A program made the position numbers and the translations under genes. The notes beneath the pieces are model-generated. The model saw only the letters and a list, made by a program, of their open reading frames with translations, was not told where the DNA came from and did no database searches. Positions 46,779 through 56,076 of a stretch of DNA of 64,000 bases are shown here, in pieces. The DNA is taken from assembly GCA_037189525.1 (NCBI GenBank), contig JBBCJC010000005.1, forward strand, positions 608,001-672,000, given 5' to 3'. This stretch comes from Gemmatimonadales bacterium (GTDB lineage Bacteria; Gemmatimonadota; Gemmatimonadetes; Gemmatimonadales; GWC2-71-9). The first letter of the stretch is position 1. Every line of letters begins with the position of its first letter.

Positions 46779-47708
46779 ATGCCGACCCGGAAACGGACCC
46801 GAAAGCTGGTGGCAGTCGTCATGGGCGGAAGCCGCGGGGCCGGACGCGGCATTACCCTCGCCCTGGGCGATGCGGGCGCGACCGTCTATGTGGCCGGCCG
46901 AACCAGGCGCGGAGGCCCTGCCCCGCGAGATAGCGCTCCAGGCACGATCGACGATACGGCGGACGAGGTCAGCGCCCGGGGCGGCCAAGGCATCGCCGTC
47001 CCGACCGATGCCACCGACCCGGGCCAGGTCGCGGCCCTCTTCGAACGGGTTGCCGCCGAGCAGGACGGGCTCGACCTCCTGGCCAATGCCGTCTGGGGCG
47101 CGGCCGACGGAGCGGACTCGGCGGCCGAATCGATGGCCGCCTGGAACACCCCGTTCTGGGAGCTGCCGGCCACCATCTGGCGCCACCAGATGGACGGCGG
47201 CCCGACAGCTTATTTCCTCGCCAGCCGCGAGGCGCTCCGCCTGATGGTCCCCAAGCGGCGCGGGCTGATCGTGGGGGTGACGGACGGCTTCTTGGAGGGC
47301 ACACCCGAGACCGTCTTGAACGGAGATCGCTTCGGGGAGTACTCCGGCAACCTGCTCTGGGACCTCTCCCACGTCACCATCAACCGTCTGATGGCCACCA
47401 TCGCGGCCGACGCCAAGCGGCATCGGATCGCGGTCATTACGCTGATGCCTGGATTCATGCAGACCGAGCGGGTGGCCAGGACCATGACGTCCGACGCGAT
47501 CCGGCGTCAGTTCCGCTATGACCTGAGCGAATCGACCGAGTACCTCGGGCGGGCGGTTGCTGCGCTGGCCGCCGATCGCAAAGTGCTGAGCAAGACCGGG
47601 AGGATCCACTTCGTCGCCGACCTGGCGCGGGAGTATGGTTTTACCGACATCGATGGCGTACAGGTGCCGAGGTTCAACCCGTTCGGGGCTACGCCCGCGA
47701 AGACCTGA
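46779..47708 (+). CDS. SDR-family oxidoreductase (DHRS1-like)
   Basis: VAVVMGGSRGAGRGI; TVYVAGR; LDLLAN; PGFMQTE; ESTEYLGRAV. Confidence 0.9.
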   Translation: MPTRKRTRKLVAVVMGGSRGAGRGITLALGDAGATVYVAGRTRRGGPAPRDSAPGTIDDTADEVSARGGQGIAVPTDATDPGQVAALFERVAAEQDGLDLLANAVWGAADGADSAAESMAAWNTPFWELPATIWRHQMDGGPTAYFLASREALRLMVPKRRGLIVGVTDGFLEGTPETVLNGDRFGEYSGNLLWDLSHVTINRLMATIAADAKRHRIAVITLMPGFMQTERVARTMTSDAIRRQFRYDLSESTEYLGRAVAALAADRKVLSKTGRIHFVADLAREYGFTDIDGVQVPRFNPFGATPAKT

Positions 47709-47950
47709 CCCGGCCGACAGTCAGTCAGCGCCGGAATGCCAAGCTCGAGCTGGAAACGTCGCGTCATGCTGCACCAGGATTGTCCCGGAGTCTGACCGAT
47801 GCAGAGCGATCGCAGCGGCTGGACCGCCGATCAGCAAATACCAGTAACGCCGAGCGACGCTCCTGGGCCAACAGCCACAGGACAGCCACACGGAGGATCG
47901 GATGATGAACGAGCGATTTGTAAACGGAGGAGTGACAACGACTTCTGAAG

Positions 47951-48022
47951 AGCCAGCGGTCGGGATTGAACCGACGACCGCTCGATTACGAATCGAGTGC
48001 TCTACCACTGAGCTACGCTGGC
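47951..48022 (-). tRNA. trnT: tRNA-Thr(CGT)
   Basis: GCCAGCG TAGCTCAGTGGTAGAGC A CTCGA TT-CGT-AA TCGAG ... GGTTCAATCC ... CGCTGGC T; CCA not encoded. Confidence 0.95.
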
Positions 48023-48064
48023 GTTTTGTCCCGTAACGCCACTCTTGCCGGCGCCGTAAACCTA

Positions 48065-48146
48065 TGCCCTGACTCGGATTCGAACCGAGATGCCTTTCGG
48101 CACTACCCCCTCAAGATAGCGTGTCTACCAGTTTCACCATCAGGGC
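48065..48146 (-). tRNA. trnL: tRNA-Leu(GAG)
   Basis: GCCCTGA TGGTGAAACTGGTAGACAC G CTATC TT-GAG-GG GGTAG, long variable arm, CTCGGTTCGAATCCGAG TCAGGGC A. Confidence 0.95.
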
Positions 48147-48204
48147 GCGGGCAACATTATACGTTACTTGGACTTACCGGTCAATCGCCCAACGGGGCCG
48201 GAGT

Positions 48205-48750
48205 TCAGTCCCGCCGCCCGCCAAACCGCCGGGTTATTCCAGCCGTCAGATCCACCGCGGTCTGCCGAAACGGGTCGATCGACCGCACCCGCACCTCGCC
48301 GCGCAGACCCCAGTCTCCCATCAGAATCCTGGCGCCACCGGCCCAGTGCAAGGTCGCATAGGTGAAGCCACGCCCCGACAGGTACTCGGTAAAACCGACC
48401 CCGACACCCGTGTAGGGACGCACCGGACCAACCGGCAGCTGGGCCTGAAAGCTCACCTCGGGCAACAGATACTCGATCCGGCCGGCCGCCTGTGAACGGT
48501 AGCTGAGAAAGGTGATCCCGGGCTCGACCAGCAGGAATCGCCCGACCGGCACATCGAACCGCAGTCCGCCCGTCACGCCGTTGCCATCGGCTCCCTGATC
48601 GATACGGGAAATCCCGCCCACGAAGCTCACCGCCGATCGAGGGCGGTCCGCATCGTCATCCTCTCGTGACCAGCGACTCTGCGCAGCAAGACTCGACGAT
48701 GCCCCCGCGGCGAGGAGCCCCACCAGGAGCCATGGCGTGGCCCTGGTCAT
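48205..48750 (-). CDS. Small outer-membrane beta-barrel protein
   Basis: Signal peptide; VRPYTGVGVG; AGGARI; LRGEVR; terminal strand LTAGITRRF. Confidence 0.75.
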   Translation of the reverse strand: MTRATPWLLVGLLAAGASSSLAAQSRWSREDDDADRPRSAVSFVGGISRIDQGADGNGVTGGLRFDVPVGRFLLVEPGITFLSYRSQAAGRIEYLLPEVSFQAQLPVGPVRPYTGVGVGFTEYLSGRGFTYATLHWAGGARILMGDWGLRGEVRVRSIDPFRQTAVDLTAGITRRFGGRRD

Positions 48751-49175
48751 TGGCGGCGCAGCGTCAGGGTAAAGGAACCGCTCTCATCAGTGCGCTGGAT
48801 GACCACGTACGCATTCAGCTGGGGCGGATTGGCCGTGAAGCGGAGCTCATTGAGGTAGCCCGACGGGCTTTGGTACTTGAAGAGCAGCACATCATCACTG
48901 TGAATCGAGTAGGTCCCCGTGATCGCTTCATCGATCGGACGGTCCTGCACCCCGCCCACAGAAGGCACCACGAGCCGGCCACCCAGCGTTCCGTCGGGAT
49001 TGACGTCGAGATCGACCGACGCTCCGCGCGCCAGCATGTCGGTGACGACGCCGTTGAGTTCGATCCGGAACCGGATCGCCTCATACGAGCCGGTAATCTC
49101 CGACGGGTCGACTCCACCGCATCCCGCAGCCAGCAGCACACCCGCGAACGCAACATTACGCCAGATTGCCCTCAT
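48747..49175 (-). CDS. Hypothetical lipoprotein (lipocalin-like)
   Basis: LAAG|C; ITGSY; ATGA overlap with the next gene. Confidence 0.7.
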   Translation of the reverse strand: MRAIWRNVAFAGVLLAAGCGGVDPSEITGSYEAIRFRIELNGVVTDMLARGASVDLDVNPDGTLGGRLVVPSVGGVQDRPIDEAITGTYSIHSDDVLLFKYQSPSGYLNELRFTANPPQLNAYVVIQRTDESGSFTLTLRRQ

Positions 49176-49204
49176 GCCCTTCCTCCATCGCAGACCGTAA
49201 CTAT

Positions 49205-49345
49205 CGATGAAGGCCGCCCGTGTCGCGAGCGGCCTTCATCGTGACGAGATCGTCACGTAGGAATAGGGGGTGCGGCGGTAGAACGGAAGCCCGGTCTTGT
49301 CGGAGACGCGTGGTTTGTTTGTGCTCCCGCCCTACCGTCGCACCC
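49205..49345 (-). other. Cluster of intergenic hairpins (terminator and/or structured RNA)
   Basis: 13-bp perfect stem 49205-49241; short stem 49240-49257; 23-bp stem 49268-49345. Confidence 0.5.
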
Positions 49346-49358
49346 GCGAAATCTGGGG

Positions 49359-49994
49359 TCAGCGGCCCGGCTGCAGTGTGAGCGCCACGCCCACGGTCAG
49401 CAGCCGATTGTGGAACGTCGGGAGGAGCTCTCCCACATCATTCCGAATTTGCGACCGATGCTGCATCAGATCGATGGTCGGCGTGAGATAGAGCGACCGA
49501 CTCAGTCGAATCTCATAGCCGGCGCCCACGGTCCATCCGAAACCGTCCTCGTGCAAATCCGTACCGTCGACGTCTTCGCCCGACCGGGTGAGACCGACAC
49601 CAGTCTTGAGGAACAGGCCGGCGGTCCGAATCGGGTAGATCTGCCCGATCATGAAGACGCCACCGAGGTAGCTGCGTACGTTGCCTTCGACCTCCGCATC
49701 GTATCGCGAATCGGTCCAGCCGGTGATTTCGCCGCCCAGTCGGAGATACGGATTGACCGTGCCGCCCAGACGCAGATTGAAGGTGGGCTTGGTGAGCCCC
49801 TCCGTGTATTCGGTGGCAGGCTCGAGCCGGCTCGACTCGGTGCCGGCTCCGAGACCCAGATTGAGCCAGAAACCGCGCCGTTCGCTGCTCGGCGTCACAT
49901 CCACCAGACCTCGCCGGCGCTGAGCTTCGGCGCCATGCACGGCCGCAACGGACAACGCGAGCGCGAGAGCAGTACCTACGATTCGAGAGCGCAT
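49359..49994 (-). CDS. Outer-membrane beta-barrel domain protein
   Basis: Signal peptide; RGFWLNLGLGAG; LFLKTGVG; GWTVGAGYEIRL. Confidence 0.8.
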   Translation of the reverse strand: MRSRIVGTALALALSVAAVHGAEAQRRRGLVDVTPSSERRGFWLNLGLGAGTESSRLEPATEYTEGLTKPTFNLRLGGTVNPYLRLGGEITGWTDSRYDAEVEGNVRSYLGGVFMIGQIYPIRTAGLFLKTGVGLTRSGEDVDGTDLHEDGFGWTVGAGYEIRLSRSLYLTPTIDLMQHRSQIRNDVGELLPTFHNRLLTVGVALTLQPGR

Positions 49995-50177
49995 AGTTCA
50001 CTTTCCTCACGGTATCGACGCTGAAAAACGCTTCGATGACGGGAACCAGCCATCGCAAGCAGCGGGCCGAACTTTTCGAATCCCGTTATCTTATTGCTGG
50101 AGCACGACTTACTGCCACAACGGTCGCCCCGACCAGGAGCTGTCCCTGACCTGATGTCCACTTTTGTTGACACCCGA

Positions 50178-50915
50178 ATGTCCTCAGGAAGGAAATCCCT
50201 CCTCCTGCTCACCGTCCTCGTCGCGGCCGGCTGCGCCGGACTCGGTGTCTGGCAGCTTTCGCGACTGGCCGAGCGGCAGGAGCGCAATGCGCTGGCCCTG
50301 GCCCAGCGGGACCTGCCGGTCGTCGACTTGAACCGGATGTCGCTGCCCGAGCCGGTCAGCTACCGGCGGGTGACCATCTCGGGGATCTACGATTTCGAAG
50401 GCGAACTGGTCATTCGGGGCCGGCTGCTGCGTGGCAATCCCGGTGTGCAGATCGTCACCCCCATCCGCATCGCAGGCAGCGACACGGCCGTGCTGATCAA
50501 TCGCGGTTTCGTGCCGACACCGGATGCCGGATTTCCCGCCAGCTCCGCCGGATACCGCGAAGACCCCGCAGCCGACATCGCGGGCATTGCAGTGGCCGTC
50601 CCGGACGAGGGCGATGGCGCGCCGCTCGACACTCCCAAAGGCGAGACCTGGCGACGACTCGACCTGACGGCCCTCCGCGCGCGCTATCCCTATCCGATCG
50701 CGTCGTATTATGTACTGATTGAAGTCGATACGCTGGCGACCCGCGACCACACCATCCGCGGGCGAGTGCTGCCGGTTCGGGTGGAACCGCCGCCGCTCGA
50801 CGACGGGCCCCATCTCTCCTACGCGTTGCAGTGGTTTATGATCGGCGGGGCGGCGCTCGGATTCGGACTCGTCTTCATCCGGCGACGGCGGCCGGTGTCA
50901 CCCGTACCGGATTGA
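50178..50915 (+). CDS. SURF1/Shy1-family cytochrome oxidase assembly protein
   Basis: LGVWQLSR; YRRVTISG; VTP; INRGFVP; HLSYALQWF. Alternative start at 50154. Confidence 0.93.
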   Translation: MSSGRKSLLLLTVLVAAGCAGLGVWQLSRLAERQERNALALAQRDLPVVDLNRMSLPEPVSYRRVTISGIYDFEGELVIRGRLLRGNPGVQIVTPIRIAGSDTAVLINRGFVPTPDAGFPASSAGYREDPAADIAGIAVAVPDEGDGAPLDTPKGETWRRLDLTALRARYPYPIASYYVLIEVDTLATRDHTIRGRVLPVRVEPPPLDDGPHLSYALQWFMIGGAALGFGLVFIRRRRPVSPVPD

Positions 50916-50950
50916 GCAGACCCAGGCTGCGCAGCCGCTCGCTGTGCAGA

Positions 50951-51352
50951 TCAGCGCGCGGCGGAGTCGGCGGCCTTCCGGCGGGTCCGCTTGGGCGGGT
51001 GATACGGAAAGACTTCCTGCAATTCGGGGCGTTCGAGAAACTCGGGACAGATGGTCCGGTCGTACTCGTACGGTCCGCCGGTCTCGGCATCGAACCAGGG
51101 AAAGCCGCGGCAGACCGCGGGATAGTATGGCTTGTCGTGAATCGAGCATCCCTGGCCGACAAAGAAGATGCAGCGGCCGCCCTTGATCCGGGTCCGCAGC
51201 TCTCCCCAGCGGGTCTCGTAGACCTTGCCCTCGCCATGGTCGGCCTTGATGGCCGCCGCCTCTTCCTCGCTCACCGTCGCGCCCCAACTGCAGCAGATGG
51301 ACTGATGCGGACACGGATAACACGGCAACTGAGGCAACGGCACCGAATTCAT
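50951..51352 (-). CDS. YkgJ-family cysteine-cluster protein
   Basis: CYPC...CC; RCIF; CSIH; PAVCRGFP; CP. Confidence 0.8.
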   Translation of the reverse strand: MNSVPLPQLPCYPCPHQSICCSWGATVSEEEAAAIKADHGEGKVYETRWGELRTRIKGGRCIFFVGQGCSIHDKPYYPAVCRGFPWFDAETGGPYEYDRTICPEFLERPELQEVFPYHPPKRTRRKAADSAAR

Positions 51353-51458
51353 GGATCCGCGAGGGAACGGGGGAGAAGGAACGCGATGGCGGGCGCCGTA
51401 CGCAGGGCGCGCGACCGTTTGACTATCGCCGTGAATCGGCTGAGATTATACCCCGCCA

Positions 51459-51532
51459 GCGTCCGTAGCTCAATTGGATAGAGCATCAGACTTCGGATCT
51501 GAGGGTTGGGGGTTCGAGTCCCTCCGGGCGCA
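51459..51532 (+). tRNA. trnR: tRNA-Arg(TCG)
   Basis: GCGTCCG TAGCTCAATTGGATAGAGC A TCAGA CT-TCG-GA TCTGA ... GGTTCGAGTCC ... CGGGCGC A; A20 Arg identity base present. Confidence 0.95.
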
Positions 51533-51589
51533 TCGATCGATTCCAGGGGCGGGCCCGAGCCCCTCCGCAAGCAAGATCGCGTTGCTATC

Positions 51590-52810
51590 GTGGCTCTCTT
51601 AGACACTCTCCGACGGTACTACTCCGACTCGTATACGACGCGCTTTACGGCCGTCGTCACCGAAGCCACAGCGCTGGACGGGCATCCGGCGGTCGTGCTC
51701 GACCAGACCTATTTCTATCCGTCATCGGGCGGGCAACCGCACGACACCGGCACACTCAACGGCATCCACGTCACCGATGTCATCGTCCGCGATGACGGCG
51801 CCGTCGTGCACCGGCTCGAGGCCCCGATCGCTCTCGGTCCGGTGACCGGCGAGATCGATTGGACCCGCCGGCGTGACCACATGCAGCAGCATACCGCGCA
51901 GCATATCCTGTCACAGGCCTTCATCCGGATCGCCGACGCGCCCACCATCGGATTTCACTTGGGTCAGGACTACGTCTCGATCGACCTGGACGTGGCCGAG
52001 CTCGATGACGAACAGCGCAGCGCGGCCTTTGCCCTCGCGCGCGAGACCATCGAACGGGCCACGCCGGTCCGGGCCTGGTTTCCCGATAATGCGGAGCTGG
52101 CGACGATCGCCCTTCGGAAGACGCCCGATGTCGAGGGCGCCCTTCGGATCGTTGCCATCGGCGACTTCGATATCTCTGCCTGCGGCGGCACCCACGTAGC
52201 CAACACCGCCGAGATCGGCCTGATCCACTGGCTCCGGACCGAGCGGCTCAAGCGGGGCGTGCGCATCGCCTTCCACGCCGGCGACCGCGCCCAGCGCGAC
52301 TACGAGATCAAGCAGCGCATCACGACCGGGCTCGGCGCCACCCTCAGTTGCTCGCTCACCGAGTTGCCCGATGCGGTGACCCGCCTCCAGGCGGAGCTGC
52401 AGACCGCCCGCCGCGAGATCGCGCGCTTCCGCGACGAGGATCTCGACCGCGAAGCTGCGGAGCTCGTGAAGTCCGCTGCCGAAGGCCCCGACGGCGGCCG
52501 GCGGATCGTGGCCGTGTGGGCCAGTCGGCCGGTCGATGAGCTCCGCGCCCTCACCCTCAAGGCTACCGCAAGCCCGGGAGTCGTTGCGCTGCTGGCCAGC
52601 GCGTCGGCCGAGCGGACTCAGCTCGCGTTCGGCCGGTCGGAAGACCTCACGATCAACCTCAAGCCAGCTCTCGATGCCGCGCTGGCCGCGCTGGGCGGAG
52701 GTAAAGGCGGGGGCTCGAGGTTGATGCAGGCCGGGGCTGCCGGAGCGCCGATCGACACGGTCCGGCGGGCGCTGGATGCGGCGCTGCACCGGCTGGACGG
52801 TACCGGATGA
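51590..52810 (+). CDS. alaX: AlaX-L alanyl-tRNA editing protein with DHHA1-like C-terminal domain
   Basis: FYPSSGGQPHDTG; HMQQHTAQH; CGGTHV; GGKGGG. Confidence 0.9.
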   Translation: MALLDTLRRYYSDSYTTRFTAVVTEATALDGHPAVVLDQTYFYPSSGGQPHDTGTLNGIHVTDVIVRDDGAVVHRLEAPIALGPVTGEIDWTRRRDHMQQHTAQHILSQAFIRIADAPTIGFHLGQDYVSIDLDVAELDDEQRSAAFALARETIERATPVRAWFPDNAELATIALRKTPDVEGALRIVAIGDFDISACGGTHVANTAEIGLIHWLRTERLKRGVRIAFHAGDRAQRDYEIKQRITTGLGATLSCSLTELPDAVTRLQAELQTARREIARFRDEDLDREAAELVKSAAEGPDGGRRIVAVWASRPVDELRALTLKATASPGVVALLASASAERTQLAFGRSEDLTINLKPALDAALAALGGGKGGGSRLMQAGAAGAPIDTVRRALDAALHRLDGTG

Positions 52811-53457
52811 CACCCCGCGATGCCGCCGTCGGCTCCAGACGTCCTTCCCGGACCGTCCTCCTTCTGATTGCCGCGCTCGGCCTCCTGATTGCTGCGCATC
52901 TACTCGACCCGGCCGCCGTCATTCATCTCCGCTACCCTGCCGCCAACGATCGCGACTGGGGCCGTCTCCTCCGCATCCTGGGGTTCGCGCCCACCTGGCT
53001 TCTGGTCGCCGCTGCGTTCTGGATGCACGGCCGAGGCGGCAGCGACGACGAGAGTATCGCGGCGCGGGATACGGCGCTCGCCATTCTCGCCGCCATCGCC
53101 ATCGGAGGCCTGGGCGCCGAAGCTCTCAAGCTGATTTTCCGCCGAGAACGCCCCCTGCCGACCTTTCAGGGCTATTCGTTCCGGCCCTTTGCCGATCGTC
53201 CGTTCAGCACCGGTCGTCTGGGCCTGCCCAGCAGCCATACCATGGTGGCCTTTGCCGGCGCCGCGACTCTGGCGTCCCGCTATCCGCGGACCGGGTGGAT
53301 CGTCCTCGGTATGGCCGCCGGCTGCGGACTGACCCGAATCTTTGCCGGTGCGCATTTCCTGAGCGACGTCGTGGCAGGCGCCATCGGCGGGATCATTGCC
53401 GGCGTTGCGGCAACGCGCTGGGTCGCCGCGCGCCGCCAGAAGGTACGACTCGCATGA
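52807..53457 (+). CDS. PAP2-family phosphatase
   Basis: K-x6-RP, PSSH, TRIFAGAHFLSDV. Confidence 0.9.
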   Translation: MTPRDAAVGSRRPSRTVLLLIAALGLLIAAHLLDPAAVIHLRYPAANDRDWGRLLRILGFAPTWLLVAAAFWMHGRGGSDDESIAARDTALAILAAIAIGGLGAEALKLIFRRERPLPTFQGYSFRPFADRPFSTGRLGLPSSHTMVAFAGAATLASRYPRTGWIVLGMAAGCGLTRIFAGAHFLSDVVAGAIGGIIAGVAATRWVAARRQKVRLA

Positions 53458-54056
53458 TCCGCTACGCACTGCTCAGCCTGGCGCTGCTGGTAGGGGGCTG
53501 CCGCGATCCGATTCCGGAAATTGCGGCGGACATCTCCGGGCATCCGCTCCCGAGTCCGGTGCCCCGCCCCGATTTCGTTCTGACCGACATGCGAGGGGGT
53601 AGCTACCATTTCGGCGATCGCACCCGGGGCCGCCTGACGCTGCTGTTCTTCGGCTACACCCACTGCCCCGACGTGTGTCCGGCCACCATGGAAAATCTGG
53701 GCGCCGTGATGAACCGGATGCCGGCCGTGGAGCGCGCAAAGCTGGACGTGGTCTTCGTCACCACCGACCCGGAACGGGATACCCCCGAACGGCTGCAACA
53801 GTGGCTCGGTCGCTTCGAAGGCGAAGTGGTGGGCCTGACCGGCACCATCGCGGAAGTCGAAGCTGCCCAGCGAGCGGCTCGGGTCGGCGTTGCCATTCGC
53901 GATACGGCCAGCGGCAACTACGCCGTCTCGCATGCGGCGCAGGTCCTGGTCTTCTCACCCGACGATTCGAGCCATGTGGCTTATCCGTTCGGGACCCGGC
54001 AGGCGAGTTGGGCCGCTGACATTCCCAAGCTCCTCGAACGGTGGACAGGCTCATGA
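53454..54056 (+). CDS. SCO-family copper chaperone, lipoprotein
   Basis: FFGYTHCPDVCP; DPERDTP; VSH; start at ATG 53454. Confidence 0.93.
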   Translation: MIRYALLSLALLVGGCRDPIPEIAADISGHPLPSPVPRPDFVLTDMRGGSYHFGDRTRGRLTLLFFGYTHCPDVCPATMENLGAVMNRMPAVERAKLDVVFVTTDPERDTPERLQQWLGRFEGEVVGLTGTIAEVEAAQRAARVGVAIRDTASGNYAVSHAAQVLVFSPDDSSHVAYPFGTRQASWAADIPKLLERWTGS

Positions 54057-54874
54057 CGTGGTGGTGTTCGGCAACCGGTTTACCCTGGTCGTGGAGCTGG
54101 CAGGCCTACCCCGGCGTCTGGCTCTTCATTGCCTTGCTGGGATTCAGTTACTGGCGCTTCGGTCGCGCGCCGGAAGATACCCAGGCCACGCGGTACTTTC
54201 TGAGCGGCCTGCTGGTTCTCTGGATTGCCCTCGATTGGCCGCTTGGTACGCTTGGCACCTATCTGGCCAGCGCCCATACCGGCCAGTTCATTCTGATTAC
54301 GCTGGGTGCGCCGGCGCTGTTGCTGCTGGGTCTCAAGCCCCGCCTGGCGGCGCTCGCGTCCGCCGATACGTTCGGCGCCCGGACCCTGCGGTTTCTGGCC
54401 CGGCCGGCGCCGGCATTCGTCGGCTACACCGTCCTTATGCTTGGTACGCATCTCCCGGATATCGTCGATCCGTTCATGGCCACCCAGTGGGGCACCTTCC
54501 TGATCGACATGCTGTGGCTCCTGGCCGGCCTGTTCCTCTGGTGGCCGGTGACGGCGCCCGAAGGATTCCGCCGGCTGGCCCCGCCCGCGGCCATGGGCTA
54601 CCTCTTCGTGCAGACCATTCCCGGTACCGCCCCGGCGGCGTTTCTGGTCTTTTCCCAGTATCCGCTCTACCGGCTCTATGAACTGGCGCCCAGGGTTACC
54701 GAAGTGCTGACCCCGCGTTACGACCATCAGGTCGCCGGGCTCCTGATGAAGATCGTCGGCGACCCCGTGGTCTGGATCGGCATCTCGGTGATCTTTTTCC
54801 GATGGGCTAACGCCGAGCGCCAGGCGGACCGTACCAGAACCCGAACCGAATCGGCGGCATCGCGCCCGGGCTGA
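54053..54874 (+). CDS. ctaG: Caa3-type cytochrome c oxidase assembly factor CtaG-like
   Basis: DWPL; YLASAH; APALLLLG; WWPV; PLY..Y; DHQVAGLLMK. Confidence 0.8.
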   Translation: MTWWCSATGLPWSWSWQAYPGVWLFIALLGFSYWRFGRAPEDTQATRYFLSGLLVLWIALDWPLGTLGTYLASAHTGQFILITLGAPALLLLGLKPRLAALASADTFGARTLRFLARPAPAFVGYTVLMLGTHLPDIVDPFMATQWGTFLIDMLWLLAGLFLWWPVTAPEGFRRLAPPAAMGYLFVQTIPGTAPAAFLVFSQYPLYRLYELAPRVTEVLTPRYDHQVAGLLMKIVGDPVVWIGISVIFFRWANAERQADRTRTRTESAASRPG

Positions 54875-54914
54875 GAGTCGCGCCCGGGGCGAGATTCCCC
54901 GCTCTGAGATTGCC

Positions 54915-55880
54915 ATGGATTGGGATTCGACACTCCTTCCCCCCGCCCTTGCCCGATGGCTCGGCTACTCGGCCGCCTTTCTGATCATCGGCGCTGCGGC
55001 GTTCCGTTCGATCGTCCTGCCGCGAGCCGCGCGCTCGGGCGGCGATCCGGCACCCGCAGCTCGACGCGCAGTGACCATTGCGCGCCTGGCGAGCGTGTTG
55101 CTCGCGGTGGCGCTCCTGGGCCGCCTCTACTTCCAGGCCCGGTCGCTGATCGATCCAGAGGAACCGGTAACCCGGGATATTCTCCAGGCCATCCTGCAGG
55201 GACAATGGGGTAAAGGCTGGCTGGCCCAGGCGGCCGCGACGCTCGCTGCGCTGATCGGCTGGCGCCTGGTGGGCCGAACGGCGGCGTCTCCGGTGGGCAC
55301 GGCAGTCGCCAACCTCGCGGCGGTGCTGCTGGTCCTGACCATGCCGCTGACCGGCCACGCGGTCGGTCTGCCGGCGGCCGGGCGGCTTGGCTACCCGATG
55401 ACGGCGCTGCACGTGGGAACCGCGGCGGTCTGGCTCGGGACTCTGGCCGTCATGGTCATGGTCGCCCTGGGCCGCCGATCGGATCCGTCCCCCGTGGCAA
55501 CCGGTGCGCTGATCGGGGCTTTCTCTCCCGTCGCTCTGGTGACGGGACTGACCGCCATCGTCGCGGGCGTCATCGTCACCTGGCGCTACGTGGGCGGACT
55601 GGATGCGCTCGTCGGCACCGACTACGGCCGAGTCCTGTTGCTCAAGATCGGCCTGCTGACCATCATCGCGCTGCTTGGCGCGTACAACTGGCGCGTGGTG
55701 CTCCCCCGGCTCCAGCGGGACGGCAACACGCCGATCCGGCCCTCGGCCTCGCTCGAGGTAGGTGTGGGTGTCCTGCTGCTTGCTGCGACGGCATTGCTCG
55801 TTTCCTTCGGCGCTCCGGCCGGTCTGAGCGATGAAGACGCCGATACCGGGGAACATCAGGAAACCGCCATCCTGCCATAG
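54915..55880 (+). CDS. copD: CopD-family copper membrane protein
   Basis: LTGHA; LHVGTAAVWLG; FS; TDYGRVLLLKI; LGAYN; LE. Confidence 0.85.
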   Translation: MDWDSTLLPPALARWLGYSAAFLIIGAAAFRSIVLPRAARSGGDPAPAARRAVTIARLASVLLAVALLGRLYFQARSLIDPEEPVTRDILQAILQGQWGKGWLAQAAATLAALIGWRLVGRTAASPVGTAVANLAAVLLVLTMPLTGHAVGLPAAGRLGYPMTALHVGTAAVWLGTLAVMVMVALGRRSDPSPVATGALIGAFSPVALVTGLTAIVAGVIVTWRYVGGLDALVGTDYGRVLLLKIGLLTIIALLGAYNWRVVLPRLQRDGNTPIRPSASLEVGVGVLLLAATALLVSFGAPAGLSDEDADTGEHQETAILP

Positions 55881-56076
55881 GCGAGAGGGGGCAGGCAAAC
55901 CTTGCCGCCCGTCCGCCATTCCTTCCCTCTTTTCCTCGAAGAAATCACCGTTTCGTCGCGTTCTCGGGCCTTTCCACCCTGGCCCCGAGCTTGCTGAAGA
56001 GAAGGCGATTGCCCTGCCCCGACCGGGACCCGGTCCGGCGGCATGAGGGCACCGATCAAAACTCTGAGGACCGTTC

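Noticed and set aside
47709..48146. tRNA-anchored genomic island and the small ORFs overlapping the tRNAs
   Set aside because: No integrase, and I saw no duplicated tRNA 3' end in the window; the ORFs overlap the tRNA genes and have no motifs.
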